Origin: Deltaproteobacteria bacterium
GTDB taxonomy: Bacteria; Myxococcota_A; Polyangia; Polyangiales; Houyiibacteriaceae
Assembly: GCA_034670305.1 (NCBI GenBank)
Contig: JAXMNT010000014.1
Location: forward strand, 64,001-128,000
Length of the DNA: 64,000 nucleotides
Direction of reading: 5' to 3'
The notes under the pieces are model-generated. The model searched no databases. It saw nothing but the letters and a program-made list of their open reading frames with translations, and was not told the origin of the DNA. Position numbers and translations under genes: made by a program. Below are positions 8,624 through 18,239 of the stretch, piece after piece (positions within the stretch are counted from its first letter, which is position 1; the number at the start of each line of letters is the position of its first letter).

Positions 8624-9319
8624 ATGGCACGTCGCACCCGAAAACCCAGGCAGTTGAGTCTTCACTACCGCCGCCATGGTGGCCGCCGATCCGGTGCGGG
8701 TCGGAAGCCGAACGGCGAGCGTTCCGGGGTGTCGCACCTGCGTCGACCTCGGGTTCAGAACCGCCATCCGGTCCACGTGACCATCAAGGTCGCGAAGGGA
8801 CTCCCAAGTCTCCGCCGCCGCGATTTGTGTGCGGCTTGTTTCGCGGTGCTCGAGCAGGCAGCGGAGCGGAACGGGATGCGCATCGTTCACTTCTCGATTC
8901 AGAGCAACCACATCCATCTGATCGTCGAGGCGCAGGGCACAGCGGCGCTCTCGCTGGGCATGCAAGGGCTGTCGGTGCGCTTGGCCAAGCGGCTCAACAA
9001 ACATCTCGGACGACGCGGCAAGCTGTTCCCCGACCGTTACCACGCAGAAGCACTCAAGACGCCCACTCAGGTCCGCCACGCGCTGCGTTACGTGCTCAAC
9101 AACGCGCGCAAACATGCGGTGCGGCGGAAGTTCATGCAGCGGTGGGTCGACCCGTGCTCCACCGCGGGCACCTTTGACGGCTGGACCTCGACACCCCGGT
9201 GTCCTGACGACTCCGCGCCGGCGATGCCGCAGGCCGGCACCTGGCTCTTGAGGGTCGGATGGCGAAAACGAGGCCGGATCCCAATCGACGACACACCCGG
9301 CCCACGCCAGAGACGGTGA
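8624..9319 (+). CDS. REP-associated tyrosine transposase (RAYT; Y1 HUH, IS200/IS605 TnpA superfamily)
   Basis: PVHVT, HUH motif QSNHIHLIVEA, LFPDRYH, catalytic-Tyr helix ALRYVLNNARKH. Confidence 0.9.
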   Translation: MARRTRKPRQLSLHYRRHGGRRSGAGRKPNGERSGVSHLRRPRVQNRHPVHVTIKVAKGLPSLRRRDLCAACFAVLEQAAERNGMRIVHFSIQSNHIHLIVEAQGTAALSLGMQGLSVRLAKRLNKHLGRRGKLFPDRYHAEALKTPTQVRHALRYVLNNARKHAVRRKFMQRWVDPCSTAGTFDGWTSTPRCPDDSAPAMPQAGTWLLRVGWRKRGRIPIDDTPGPRQRR

Positions 9320-9366
9320 GACACTCCGTACGGATCAACGCAGCCGCGATTGGCGCTGCACGTTGA

Positions 9367-9574
9367 GCAGCCACCTTCTGACAGCGGTGGACGGCCCAGA
9401 GCGCTGCGCTTCAGCACCTGAGCCGGGCAACGAACGGCGGTCGCCGAACACGGCAGTCCAAAGCGGTGCAGCAGCATGCTGCATTGGCAAGCAAGCCCCG
9501 TCCGTGCGCCGCCCAACGGCCTCGGTCCGCCGCGACCTCCACACGCCGGATCCCCGCCGCCCTATTAAGCAACA
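9367..9574 (-). repeat. Right long inverted repeat flanking RAYT
   Basis: Imperfect reverse complement of 8357-8566; contains the palindrome GCAGCATGCTGC. Confidence 0.9.
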
Positions 9575-9778
9575 AGGGCCGCTGGCGGGGTCCTCAGGCA
9601 CTGCGGTTGCACGATTCGGTTCGCGTCCTCACGCGCACTGTCAGGGCGCGCGACTTCAGCGTGGGCGCGGTGGTAGGGGTCCAGGGCGTCCACTCAGATG
9701 CATGGCCGAGCCCCAGCGGAAAGCGGCTTCGGGCAACTCGCTTCTTCGATTCGGTGAGGGCTCGGTTATGCTCGCGCG

Positions 9779-10984
9779 GTGAGCGACGCGAAACCTGTGG
9801 ACCACACCGCTGCCGAGCTCAGACGCATGGGCGGCAACGGCATCGTGCTCGGAGGCGGAGGCGCCCGCGGCGCCTACGAAGCCGGCATCCTCGCGGGGCT
9901 GACCGAAGTCGCGCCGACCGACGCGTTGCACATCGGCGAACACGGGCTCTTCGACGTGGTCACCGGAACCTCCGTCGGCGCGATCAACGCCGCGTGGCTG
10001 GCCGCACATTCGGACACCCGCGACCACTGCATCGAAGGGCTGCTCGACCACTGGCGCTCGCTCAGCCTCGAGAAGCACCTGCGTCCGGATGTGCTCGGGT
10101 GGTTCGGGCGCCGCCGCACCGGCGTGCTCGGCAAAGCGATCCTCGACCCGCGGGAGCTCGAGAAGCTGGTGCAGGACGGCGTGCCGTGGGACCGCCTTCG
10201 CAAGAACGTAGACGCCGGGTACGTGCGCGCGCTCATCGTGACGGCGCTGCACGTCAAGTCGGGCAAGACGACGGTCTTCACCGACCTCGCTCCGGGCGCC
10301 GAGTACCCGGCCTCCCGTGATCCGCGACGATCGCACGTCGCGTCGCACGTGACCTCGGATCACGTGCTCGCTTCGGCGGCGGTGCCGCTGCTCTTTCCTT
10401 CGCGACGGATCGGCGAGAGCTACTACAGCGATGGCGGTCTGCGGTTCAACACACCGCTGGCGCCGGCGCTTCGCATGGGCGTCGATCGAGTCGTCGTCAT
10501 CCCGCTCCTGATGGAGAAGCCGAAGAGCCAGGAAGCCGAGGTCTATCCCGGAGCGGTGTTCTTGCTCGGCAAACTCTTCGACGCGCTCCTGCTCGACCCG
10601 ATCCGCTACGACCTCGCGGTGCTCGAGCGCTTCAACCGATTCTTGACCGTGCTCGACGACGCGCTCTCGCCCGCGGAGTTGAAACGGCTGGAGGCGGCGA
10701 TGATCGAAGCGCGCGGCGCGCCCTACCGCAAGGTCGACACGCTGGTGTTCCGACCGACCTCGGACATCGGTGCGCTGGCCCGGCGGCGCGGCGAACAGCT
10801 CATGCGCCGCGGGTGGCGCGGTCGTTTGATCCGCCAGCTCACCAAAGCAGGCGGCGGCGTGGACGCGGACTTCCTGAGTTTCATCCTGTTCGATCGCGAA
10901 CATGCCGAAGAGCTGATCGAACTCGGCCGCCGCGATGTGCATGCCCGCAAAGACGAAGTGCACGCGTTCTTCGGCGCCCGCTGA
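9779..10984 (+). CDS. Patatin-like phospholipase
   Basis: GGGGARGAY, GTSVG nucleophile elbow, ASAAVP, DGG. Confidence 0.92.
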   Translation: MSDAKPVDHTAAELRRMGGNGIVLGGGGARGAYEAGILAGLTEVAPTDALHIGEHGLFDVVTGTSVGAINAAWLAAHSDTRDHCIEGLLDHWRSLSLEKHLRPDVLGWFGRRRTGVLGKAILDPRELEKLVQDGVPWDRLRKNVDAGYVRALIVTALHVKSGKTTVFTDLAPGAEYPASRDPRRSHVASHVTSDHVLASAAVPLLFPSRRIGESYYSDGGLRFNTPLAPALRMGVDRVVVIPLLMEKPKSQEAEVYPGAVFLLGKLFDALLLDPIRYDLAVLERFNRFLTVLDDALSPAELKRLEAAMIEARGAPYRKVDTLVFRPTSDIGALARRRGEQLMRRGWRGRLIRQLTKAGGGVDADFLSFILFDREHAEELIELGRRDVHARKDEVHAFFGAR

Positions 10985-11005
10985 AGCGCTTCGTACCACG
11001 CGCCG

Positions 11006-12610
11006 TCAGTAGTGGTTCATTTGGTTCTCCATCTCTTCCCGCTGGCGGCGGATCCGCTCGCGACGCGCAGCGCGTGACTCGACCTCGAGTTCGAGTTCCA
11101 CCTCGACGTCGGCGTCGATGCGCGCGAACGGTTCGAGGGTCCCGTCCGGCATTCGGCGACGACCGGAGACGGTCTGCATCAACGGTTCCGCGAGCGCGGC
11201 CTCCACGCACTGGTTCATCTCAGGACTGCCGCCTGTGACCTGGACCTCGAAGGCTGGCGCATCCATGACGCCCCGGACTTCGATGCGAAGCTGGGTCGCG
11301 GGCGTGTCCGGGTCGACGACCTCGGGTTCGTCTTCGGCGAGGCACTCGGTGGCGAAGTTGCGCGCGTAGGAACCGAGGTGCTGGGAGAGCAGCGCGGGGG
11401 TGGCGATCGGTCCGAGCGGACGTCGAGTCGAGGCGCGCAACCGCCACTGCCCGGCGGCGAACTGTGAGACGCGCTGCAAGACGAGCTCCGCCAAACACTG
11501 CGCCACCTCGTCGTTGCGCGGCGCGGTCTTCACGACGACCCGAAGTTCCTCCGGGCTGGTCTGCACCCGGACGTAGGCGTACTCGGGCACGGCGCCGGGC
11601 CGAGGCAAGCAGCCGGTCGCGTTGGACTCGAGGTACAGCCCTTCGAGGGCCTGCTGGAGCAACTGCGCGGGCGGGGTGACCTCGACCCTCAGCCGGGCTC
11701 GAAAGCGCGAAGGAGATCCGTCGTAGGCGCCGCCGCCGCGGAAGTTGGACTCGGCGTGCTCCAGGAAACACGCGACGAAGTCGGAGCCGTCGCGGGACGA
11801 GAGATGGGCTCGGCCGCTGCTGTCTCCGCGGACTCGAATGGTGAACGACTCGGGCGGCGGCGCGCGGCGGGCACACGCGAGGGTCAGTGGGTCTTTCATG
11901 CCCTCGAGCGCCCGCAGGACCGATGCTTCGGTTGGCGGCGGCTCGTACCCGGGCTGGATCATCGCAAGCTCGCGGACCGTGAAGCCATGGACGCTGGCCC
12001 ACTGCCGCACGCCGGTGCTTACCTCGGGAACCGCAGTGCTGGCTTCGGGAACCGCAGTGCTGGCTTCGGGAACCGCAGTGCTGGCCTTGGGAATCGCAGT
12101 GCTGGCCTTGGGAATCGCAGTGCTGGCCGCTGACTCGTTGGTCAGGACGGTCTGGATCTCGGGCACCAGCGCATACGGCTCGCGTTCGTTGATCGCCTGA
12201 GCGAGCGCACCGTGGCCACTGACCGCCATCAAGTGGCCGACCGCGCAGTGCACGCCACGGTCGTCGATGAACCTCGGGCGGCGGCCCGCGTAGTTGTCTT
12301 GAGTGCGCCGCGGGAACACCCCGGCATCCACATACGCTGCGAGTGCTCGAAGCGCGGCGCTCCGCCGCTGAAGCTGCGCTTCGTTCCACCGGTCGGAGGT
12401 CTTGTGGACCAGAAGGTCGTGCACGTAGCGCAGGTGGACCTGAAGGCGCTCTTGTTCCGGCGCTGCGCTCGGGTCGGTCCCCCGCAGTCGGTGCCAACTC
12501 GCATCTCCCAGGACGCTGTTGACCGTACGATCCAGGGGGTCGGCCGAGGCGGTTTGGGCGGTCGACAGAAGCGAACCGAGAACGGCGAGCACGCAATACA
12601 ATCGAAGCAT
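11006..12610 (-). CDS. Secreted hypothetical protein with three Cys-paired C-terminal repeats (AgmX/PglI-C-like)
   Basis: Signal peptide MLRLYCVLAVLGSLLSTAQTASA; RRPRFIDDRGVHCAVGHLM; three C...C domains (LACARR/VACFLE, TGCLPR/AQCLAE, TECLAE/NQCVEA). Confidence 0.65.
   Translation of the reverse strand: MLRLYCVLAVLGSLLSTAQTASADPLDRTVNSVLGDASWHRLRGTDPSAAPEQERLQVHLRYVHDLLVHKTSDRWNEAQLQRRSAALRALAAYVDAGVFPRRTQDNYAGRRPRFIDDRGVHCAVGHLMAVSGHGALAQAINEREPYALVPEIQTVLTNESAASTAIPKASTAIPKASTAVPEASTAVPEASTAVPEVSTGVRQWASVHGFTVRELAMIQPGYEPPPTEASVLRALEGMKDPLTLACARRAPPPESFTIRVRGDSSGRAHLSSRDGSDFVACFLEHAESNFRGGGAYDGSPSRFRARLRVEVTPPAQLLQQALEGLYLESNATGCLPRPGAVPEYAYVRVQTSPEELRVVVKTAPRNDEVAQCLAELVLQRVSQFAAGQWRLRASTRRPLGPIATPALLSQHLGSYARNFATECLAEDEPEVVDPDTPATQLRIEVRGVMDAPAFEVQVTGGSPEMNQCVEAALAEPLMQTVSGRRRMPDGTLEPFARIDADVEVELELEVESRAARRERIRRQREEMENQMNHY
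12024..12128. repeat. 21-bp tandem repeat x5, in frame (ASTA[I/V]P[K/E])
   Basis: T(C/T)GGGAA(C/T)CGCAGTGCTGGC(T/C) units seen directly. Confidence 0.9.
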
Positions 12611-12663
12611 GGGCGTCCAGACGGTCGAGATGGGCTCAGGATCTCGAAAAAGAGGTGGAGCGT

Positions 12664-13899
12664 TCAGAGCCTTGACTCCCAGTCCTCGGCGAGCACATCG
12701 GCGAACGCAGGGTCGGAGGTGAGCACCTTCCGCGCATACGAACAGTGCGGCAGAATTTTCAGGTCGTTCTCTCGGACGTAGGCGACGCCGCGATGGACGA
12801 GCTTTCGGGCCCAGCCGCCCCCTCGGAGCGTCTCGCGTACGCCGGTGTGCACGATGTCGATCGTCTCCTCGTCGGGTCGCAGAAACGTCATCTCGCCGAG
12901 CGTCTCGCCGTGCTGGAAGATCACCCACTCACCGCCAGCCTTCGAGGGCACGAGTTCGATGTGGGGCTCTTCGTCCGGCAAAGGAATGCGCTCCTCCGTG
13001 TCCCCCGGCACCTCGCCGAATGCGTCGTGCGCCCATTCTCGTTTGGCTTGTTCAAGCCGGATCTTGGAGCTCGAGACGAAGTTCCACCACAGGTGGCGTG
13101 GTCCATCGAGCGGCGCGCCACCCACCACGACCACGTGCGCGTCGGACGACGCGGTCAGCGTGGGTGTCATGCCTTCGCGCACGACCAGAAGATCGCCGGA
13201 GGGGTGGGTGCGGCCGGCGCAGACCACTTCGCCGCGCACGACGTAGACGCCGCGCTCGACGTAGTCCGCGGGCACCTCGAACGATGCCCCCGCGCAGAGG
13301 GGCACATCGAGGTAGAGCGTCGGTGCGAAGGTGGCGACCGGGGAGGTCGCGCCAAACGCGGATCCGATCAGGACCCGCGCGGTCACCCCGCCTCCGACCT
13401 CGACCGAAGGCAGGCTGTCCGGCCCGTGGTGATGGAACGCGGGCTCGACCTCTTCGTGCGTCTTCGGGAGCGCCAACCACAACTGAAGGCCGTGGGTGCG
13501 CAGGCCGTCGCCGACCAGGGCCGGGGTCTGACGTTCCGAATGGCTGATGCCGCGACCGGCGGTCATCCAGTTGATCGCGCCCGGCCGAATGGTCTGGATC
13601 GACCCGACGCTGTCGCGGTGTTCGACGGCGCCTTCGAAGAGGTAGCTCACCGTGGCCAGGCCGATGTGCGGATGTGGCCGAACCTGCATGCCTTGGCCGG
13701 GCGCGACGACGACCGGGCCGAAGTGATCGAAGAAGACGAACGGCCCGACGGCGCGCTGCTTCGCCTGCGGAAGCACCCGCCGCACCGCGAACCCGCCGAG
13801 GTCCCGCTCCGCCGCATGCACGGTCCGAACACACGCCGCGTCCTCGCCATGTTCAGTGCAGCGCGCCTCGCCCTCGGGGACCTTCTCGTCGTGACTCAT
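12664..13899 (-). CDS. Pirin family protein fused to C-terminal GNAT (YjdJ/Acetyltransf_CG-like) domain
   Basis: GPFVFFDHFGP, PHPHIGLATVSY, WMTAGRGISHSE, WWNFVSS; then IVHTGVRETLRGGGWARKLV...PHCSY. Confidence 0.9.
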   Translation of the reverse strand: MSHDEKVPEGEARCTEHGEDAACVRTVHAAERDLGGFAVRRVLPQAKQRAVGPFVFFDHFGPVVVAPGQGMQVRPHPHIGLATVSYLFEGAVEHRDSVGSIQTIRPGAINWMTAGRGISHSERQTPALVGDGLRTHGLQLWLALPKTHEEVEPAFHHHGPDSLPSVEVGGGVTARVLIGSAFGATSPVATFAPTLYLDVPLCAGASFEVPADYVERGVYVVRGEVVCAGRTHPSGDLLVVREGMTPTLTASSDAHVVVVGGAPLDGPRHLWWNFVSSSKIRLEQAKREWAHDAFGEVPGDTEERIPLPDEEPHIELVPSKAGGEWVIFQHGETLGEMTFLRPDEETIDIVHTGVRETLRGGGWARKLVHRGVAYVRENDLKILPHCSYARKVLTSDPAFADVLAEDWESRL

Positions 13900-13962
13900 G
13901 CCCCCGATGTCCCACACAATACGTCCGCCTGACAACGTTGGTCTGGGCCGACGACGTGGTGG

Positions 13963-15162
13963 CTACCGCGCGGGTTCGCCGACCAGCGCGCGGACCACGT
14001 CCACGTCGCTGAAGACGTGTTCGGTCGTCCCGATCGTCTGGGTCTTCTCGTGGCCCTTGCCCGCGACGACCACGACGTCTTCTTGGCTGGCGGTCTCCAG
14101 CGCCGCCTGAATGGCGCGGCGTCGGTCGGGCTCCTCGACGAACGCGGCGCGGCCCTCGGCCCCCGCCCGGACCATCGCTGCGATGCGTTCGGGCGGTTCG
14201 CGGCGCGGGTTGTCGCTGGTGAGGATCGCCACGTCGGCGAGCTCGTCGGCGGTCGCACCCATCAAGGGCCGCTTGCCTTCGTCGCGCTCGCCACCACAGC
14301 CGAAGACGCAGATCACCCTGCCCTGGCCTCGAAGCAGGCGCGCGGTTTCGAGCGTGGTGCGCAGGCCGTCGGGGGTGTGCGCGTAGTCGACCACCACGAA
14401 GGGCTGTCGCAACACCACCTCGAAGCGTCCGGGAACGCCGGCGAAGGATTCCAGGCCGCGCACGATCGCCTGGTGGTGCACGCCGAGCACATGCATCGCG
14501 AGCGCCGCGGCCAGCGCGTTGCTGACGTGCACCGTTCCGAAGAGCTTCAGCTGCACCTCGGCGTCGAAGACGCCTCGGAACGTGGCCGACGTGCCCTCCC
14601 GCGTGACCTGCACCGCCTCGGCGCAGAGGTTCGCACCGGCTGCCTCGTGCCCGTAGCGCAGCACCGTCGCGTGGGGCGGCACGATCTCCGTGAGCAGCGC
14701 GCTCGACGGGTCGTCGGTGTTGAGGATCGCGGAGCCCCCCGGCAAGAGCGCGAGAAAGAGCTGCGCTTTGGCGGCGAGGTAGGCCTCCGGGGTCCCGTGC
14801 ATGTCGAGGTGATCGCGGGTGAGGTTCGTGAACACCGCCACCTTCGGTCGCCACCGACCGGCCAGACCGCCGGCGAGCGCTTTGGAGGTGGTCTCGAGGG
14901 CCAGCGTCTGACACCCGACCCGGACCGCTTCTTCCACGCAGCCGAGGAACACCTGCGCGGGCTGGTCGCCTTCGATCGGGCGCTCGCCCACCTGGGCGCC
15001 GAGCGTCGTCAGGCGGGCGCCCGGTTCACCGTGGGCGCGCGCGATCGCATCGACGAGCGAGGTCGTGGTGGTCTTTCCGTTGGTGCCGGTGACACACACG
15101 CTCCGGAGCTTGGCGTGCGCCGCCGCGAACCGCCCTGCGAGTGGATCCTGTTTGGGAGTCAT
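13963..15162 (-). CDS. murE: MurE-like Mur ligase lacking the N-terminal domain
   Basis: GTNGKTTT, LETTS, FTNLTRDHLD.H, PGRFE, DYAHTPD, FGCGGERD, DNPR, AGKGHE. Confidence 0.8.
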   Translation of the reverse strand: MTPKQDPLAGRFAAAHAKLRSVCVTGTNGKTTTTSLVDAIARAHGEPGARLTTLGAQVGERPIEGDQPAQVFLGCVEEAVRVGCQTLALETTSKALAGGLAGRWRPKVAVFTNLTRDHLDMHGTPEAYLAAKAQLFLALLPGGSAILNTDDPSSALLTEIVPPHATVLRYGHEAAGANLCAEAVQVTREGTSATFRGVFDAEVQLKLFGTVHVSNALAAALAMHVLGVHHQAIVRGLESFAGVPGRFEVVLRQPFVVVDYAHTPDGLRTTLETARLLRGQGRVICVFGCGGERDEGKRPLMGATADELADVAILTSDNPRREPPERIAAMVRAGAEGRAAFVEEPDRRRAIQAALETASQEDVVVVAGKGHEKTQTIGTTEHVFSDVDVVRALVGEPAR

Positions 15163-15380
15163 CGGGGAATCTGGCCAATGCCGCGGCAGAGCAGACAGCG
15201 CCGTTGTCCGTGGCAATTGAGGCAGCGCTTGCCTTTGTCTACGCCAGTGCCTTGGCAGACGTAGCAAAGACCGTCGCCATCACATTCGTAGCATTCCTCG
15301 TGGCCATCGGAGAGCTCGCGGAAACGCTTCAATCCCGGGCCCCAAGGTCGTTCCGGCTTCTCTTCTGGTCTGCGCATCAC
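15159..15380 (-). CDS. Small DnaJ-type CxxCxGxG zinc-finger protein
   Basis: CYECDGDG, CYVCQGTG, CLNCHGQR, CLLCRGIG; stop overlaps the MurE-like ATG. Confidence 0.7.
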   Translation of the reverse strand: MMRRPEEKPERPWGPGLKRFRELSDGHEECYECDGDGLCYVCQGTGVDKGKRCLNCHGQRRCLLCRGIGQIPR

Positions 15381-15455
15381 GTAGCCCTGCTGCTGCCCGT
15401 CCGCCGATGTGTGCCACCGGTGTTCCGGCAGTGGTGGGCGCGCGGGCGCGGAGTC

Positions 15456-15878
15456 TCAGACTTCCGAGATCGTGTCCCAGCGAATGCACTCTCCGCTGGG
15501 ATCGTAGTCGGCGCACTGCACCTCATCCCACCGGATGCACTCGCCGGTCGGGTCCCGTTCGGCGCAGCCATCGTCGCTGCCATACGCTTCGTCGGCGCTC
15601 GCCCAGCCGATGCACTCGCCGACCGCATCCCAGTCCACGCACTCGCTCGCGGGTTCGTACCCAGCTTCTTCCGCCGGCCCACCGTTCCACGCAATGCACT
15701 CGCCGCTGGCATCCCACTCGGCGCAGCTGCCGTCTTGGGTGGCGGCGACCTCTTGCCCGCTCGTCTGTTCGCTCGAGTACTCGGTGGGCTGATCGTCGAC
15801 GACGATGCAACCGGTCACGCTCTTGCCGAGCCCCATGGACAACGCGATGAGGAGGAACTGCTTCCGATCGATCTTCAT
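15456..15878 (-). CDS. Small lipoprotein with four CxxxDxxGECIxW repeats
   Basis: MKIDRKQFLLIALSMGLGKSVTGC; CAEWDASGECIAW, CVDWDAVGECIGW, CAERDPTGECIRW, CADYDPSGECIRW. Confidence 0.75.
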   Translation of the reverse strand: MKIDRKQFLLIALSMGLGKSVTGCIVVDDQPTEYSSEQTSGQEVAATQDGSCAEWDASGECIAWNGGPAEEAGYEPASECVDWDAVGECIGWASADEAYGSDDGCAERDPTGECIRWDEVQCADYDPSGECIRWDTISEV

Positions 15879-15950
15879 GGCGGGTGAGACTACCGGGCTC
15901 TGAGGGACCTTGGAACCCAAGGATGAGCCTGGGCGTGTAGTCTCCTCGGC

Positions 15951-16376
15951 ATGCCGATTCTTCGCATCCTGTTTGCCTCCGCGCTCGCCACCTTCGTTGC
16001 GTGTGGAGGTTCTGAGTCCCCGTCCACCGAGACCGAACCGGAATCGGTCGGATCGGGCGGCGAAGCCGAAGAGGTCTCACCGGCCCCCGCGTCCGAACTG
16101 TCGGTGACGGGATGCAACTCGTACACGTACACCCCCGACGACTGCACCGGTTCGCCCGAGAACCCGAGCTGTTCGCAGAACTTCGAGCTCCACGGCGATG
16201 GGACCGGAGAGATCACCTTCGACGACATCATCGTGAGCGCGACCTACGAGGTCGAGGGTTCCACGTTGACACTCCGAGCCCCGCGCTTCGAAGCCACCTA
16301 CACCATCGAAGATGGGGGTCAGGTGATCGTCGGCGATGGCGGCGAACGCTACGACCGCACCGACTGCGGAAGCTGA
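15951..16376 (+). CDS. Hypothetical lipoprotein
   Basis: Lipobox FVAC; small beta-rich domain. Confidence 0.75.
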   Translation: MPILRILFASALATFVACGGSESPSTETEPESVGSGGEAEEVSPAPASELSVTGCNSYTYTPDDCTGSPENPSCSQNFELHGDGTGEITFDDIIVSATYEVEGSTLTLRAPRFEATYTIEDGGQVIVGDGGERYDRTDCGS

Positions 16377-16382
16377 ACTCGG

Positions 16383-18017
16383 TCAGCTGCGTCGCGCGCG
16401 GAGCTCGGCCGCAAATGTCCGGGCGGCCTTGAGCGCGTGGCCTGCCTTGGCGCGCACACCCGGGGCGTAGATCAGGCCGCTGACCTGCTGAACCAAGGCG
16501 TAGGTCGTCTCCTGAATCGGGTACACCGAGACCCCGCCGCGGCTTGGCAGGCGCGAGAGCGGCCAGCGGTCGGCGACCACTGCTTTCACATGGCAGCAGC
16601 CGCGAAGGCCTTCGCGGCCGTTGATGCGGCCGACGCCGCTGATGCCTTCACCGCCGAACGGGAGGGCCTGGATCATGTAGGCGATGCCGTAGTCGTTGAT
16701 CACCGTCATGCCGGTCCGGAGCTGGCGCGCGATGCGGTCTCCGCGGGCGGCGTCGCGGGTGAAGACGCTCGAGCCGAGGCCGTACTCGGTGTCGTTCGCG
16801 CACTCGATCGCGTGTTCGTCTGAGGTCACGCGGAAGATGACCATGATCGGTCCGAACTGCTCTTCGCGGGCGACGCGCATCTCGTGGGTGACGTCGACCA
16901 GGATCGTCGGCGCGAAGAACTGCGGTCCCGCTTCGCTCGCGCGGCCGCCACCCACGAGCACGCGGGCGCCCTTCTTCACTGCGTCGGCGACGAGCTCGTC
17001 GAGGATGTCGAGCTGGCGCGGCATGGTCATCGCGCCGCAGTCGACCGTCTCGGTCGTGCGGGCTTTGCCGGTGCGGCCCGGGTGCGGGGGCACCCCCTGG
17101 CGGAGCTTCTGGGCGCCGGCGGTCACCTTCGCGACGAACGCGTCGTACACCGCGTCGTGCACGTAGATGCGTTCGACGCCGACGCACATCTGACCGCACG
17201 CCGTGAACACGCCGAGCATCGCTTGTTCGGCGGCGTGTTCGAGGTCCGCGTCGTCGCACACGATCATCGGATCTTTGCCGCCGAGCTCGAGCACGACTTC
17301 CGTCGGCGCCGCGCTCGCCGCTTCCATCACCTTGCGACCGTTCTGCGGTGAGCCCGTGAAGAAGATCTTCTCCACGCCGCTCGTGACCAAGTAGTTGCCG
17401 GTGGCGCCGTAGCCGGTGACGACCTGGACGAGTTCCGGATCGTGACCGTGCCGGACCAGCGCATCGCGCACGAGCGCCAGGTAGGGCTCGGCCGACCAGG
17501 AGGTGTGTTCGGACACCTTGGAGACCACGCCGTTGCCGGCGAAGAGCGCGGGCACGAGCGGACAGAGCAGGTTGTGGAACGGGAAGTTCCACGGACAGAT
17601 CACACCGACGACGCCGAGCGGCAGGTACTCCACCCGGGCGGACTTGTGGGCGAGGATCCCAGACGAACGTTTCTCGGTGCGGAGGTCGCGCTCGCCGTGG
17701 CGGAGCACGTAGCGGATCTTCTCGAGCACCGGGAAAACTTCTCCGAGGGCCGCGTCGACCATGGTCTTGCCGGAGTCGCGGACCGCGATCTCGCAGATGG
17801 ATTCGTGTCGCTCGACGATCAGTTCCGCGAGGGTCCGAAGCACCCGCCGTCGCTCGCGGAAGCTCGTGCTGCCCCACGCCACCTGGGCGGCCCGGGCGCG
17901 CGACACCGCGGCGCCGACCTCGGCTCGATCCATGGAGCGCAACTCGCCGAGGCGTTCTCCGTTGGCGGGGTCGACCGCCGGGATCGTCTCGTGGTTCTGT
18001 CGCTGCGTCGTCTGCAT
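16383..18017 (-). CDS. Aldehyde dehydrogenase family protein
   Basis: PWNFP, FTGS, LELGGKDP, GQMC catalytic Cys, EEQFGP, PFGG; start at MQTTQRQ. Confidence 0.93.
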   Translation of the reverse strand: MQTTQRQNHETIPAVDPANGERLGELRSMDRAEVGAAVSRARAAQVAWGSTSFRERRRVLRTLAELIVERHESICEIAVRDSGKTMVDAALGEVFPVLEKIRYVLRHGERDLRTEKRSSGILAHKSARVEYLPLGVVGVICPWNFPFHNLLCPLVPALFAGNGVVSKVSEHTSWSAEPYLALVRDALVRHGHDPELVQVVTGYGATGNYLVTSGVEKIFFTGSPQNGRKVMEAASAAPTEVVLELGGKDPMIVCDDADLEHAAEQAMLGVFTACGQMCVGVERIYVHDAVYDAFVAKVTAGAQKLRQGVPPHPGRTGKARTTETVDCGAMTMPRQLDILDELVADAVKKGARVLVGGGRASEAGPQFFAPTILVDVTHEMRVAREEQFGPIMVIFRVTSDEHAIECANDTEYGLGSSVFTRDAARGDRIARQLRTGMTVINDYGIAYMIQALPFGGEGISGVGRINGREGLRGCCHVKAVVADRWPLSRLPSRGGVSVYPIQETTYALVQQVSGLIYAPGVRAKAGHALKAARTFAAELRARRS

Positions 18018-18239
18018 GGCTGTCCCTGTCTCCGGTGTGGTGCCGGCGGGGCACCATAGACAAGGTGCGGGGAGACTCCAGCCCCGATTCGCCAACCGTC
18101 GACAGTGGCCGGGAGCCGGTCTGGAACCGACGCGGACGGTCGGCGGGTGGTCCCGAGGGATCGATGGAGGCGCCGGCGAGGGCCATCCGCCACGGTCGAA
18201 GGTTGCCCTCGGGGTGGGTTCGGGCGACGATTGGCCGGC

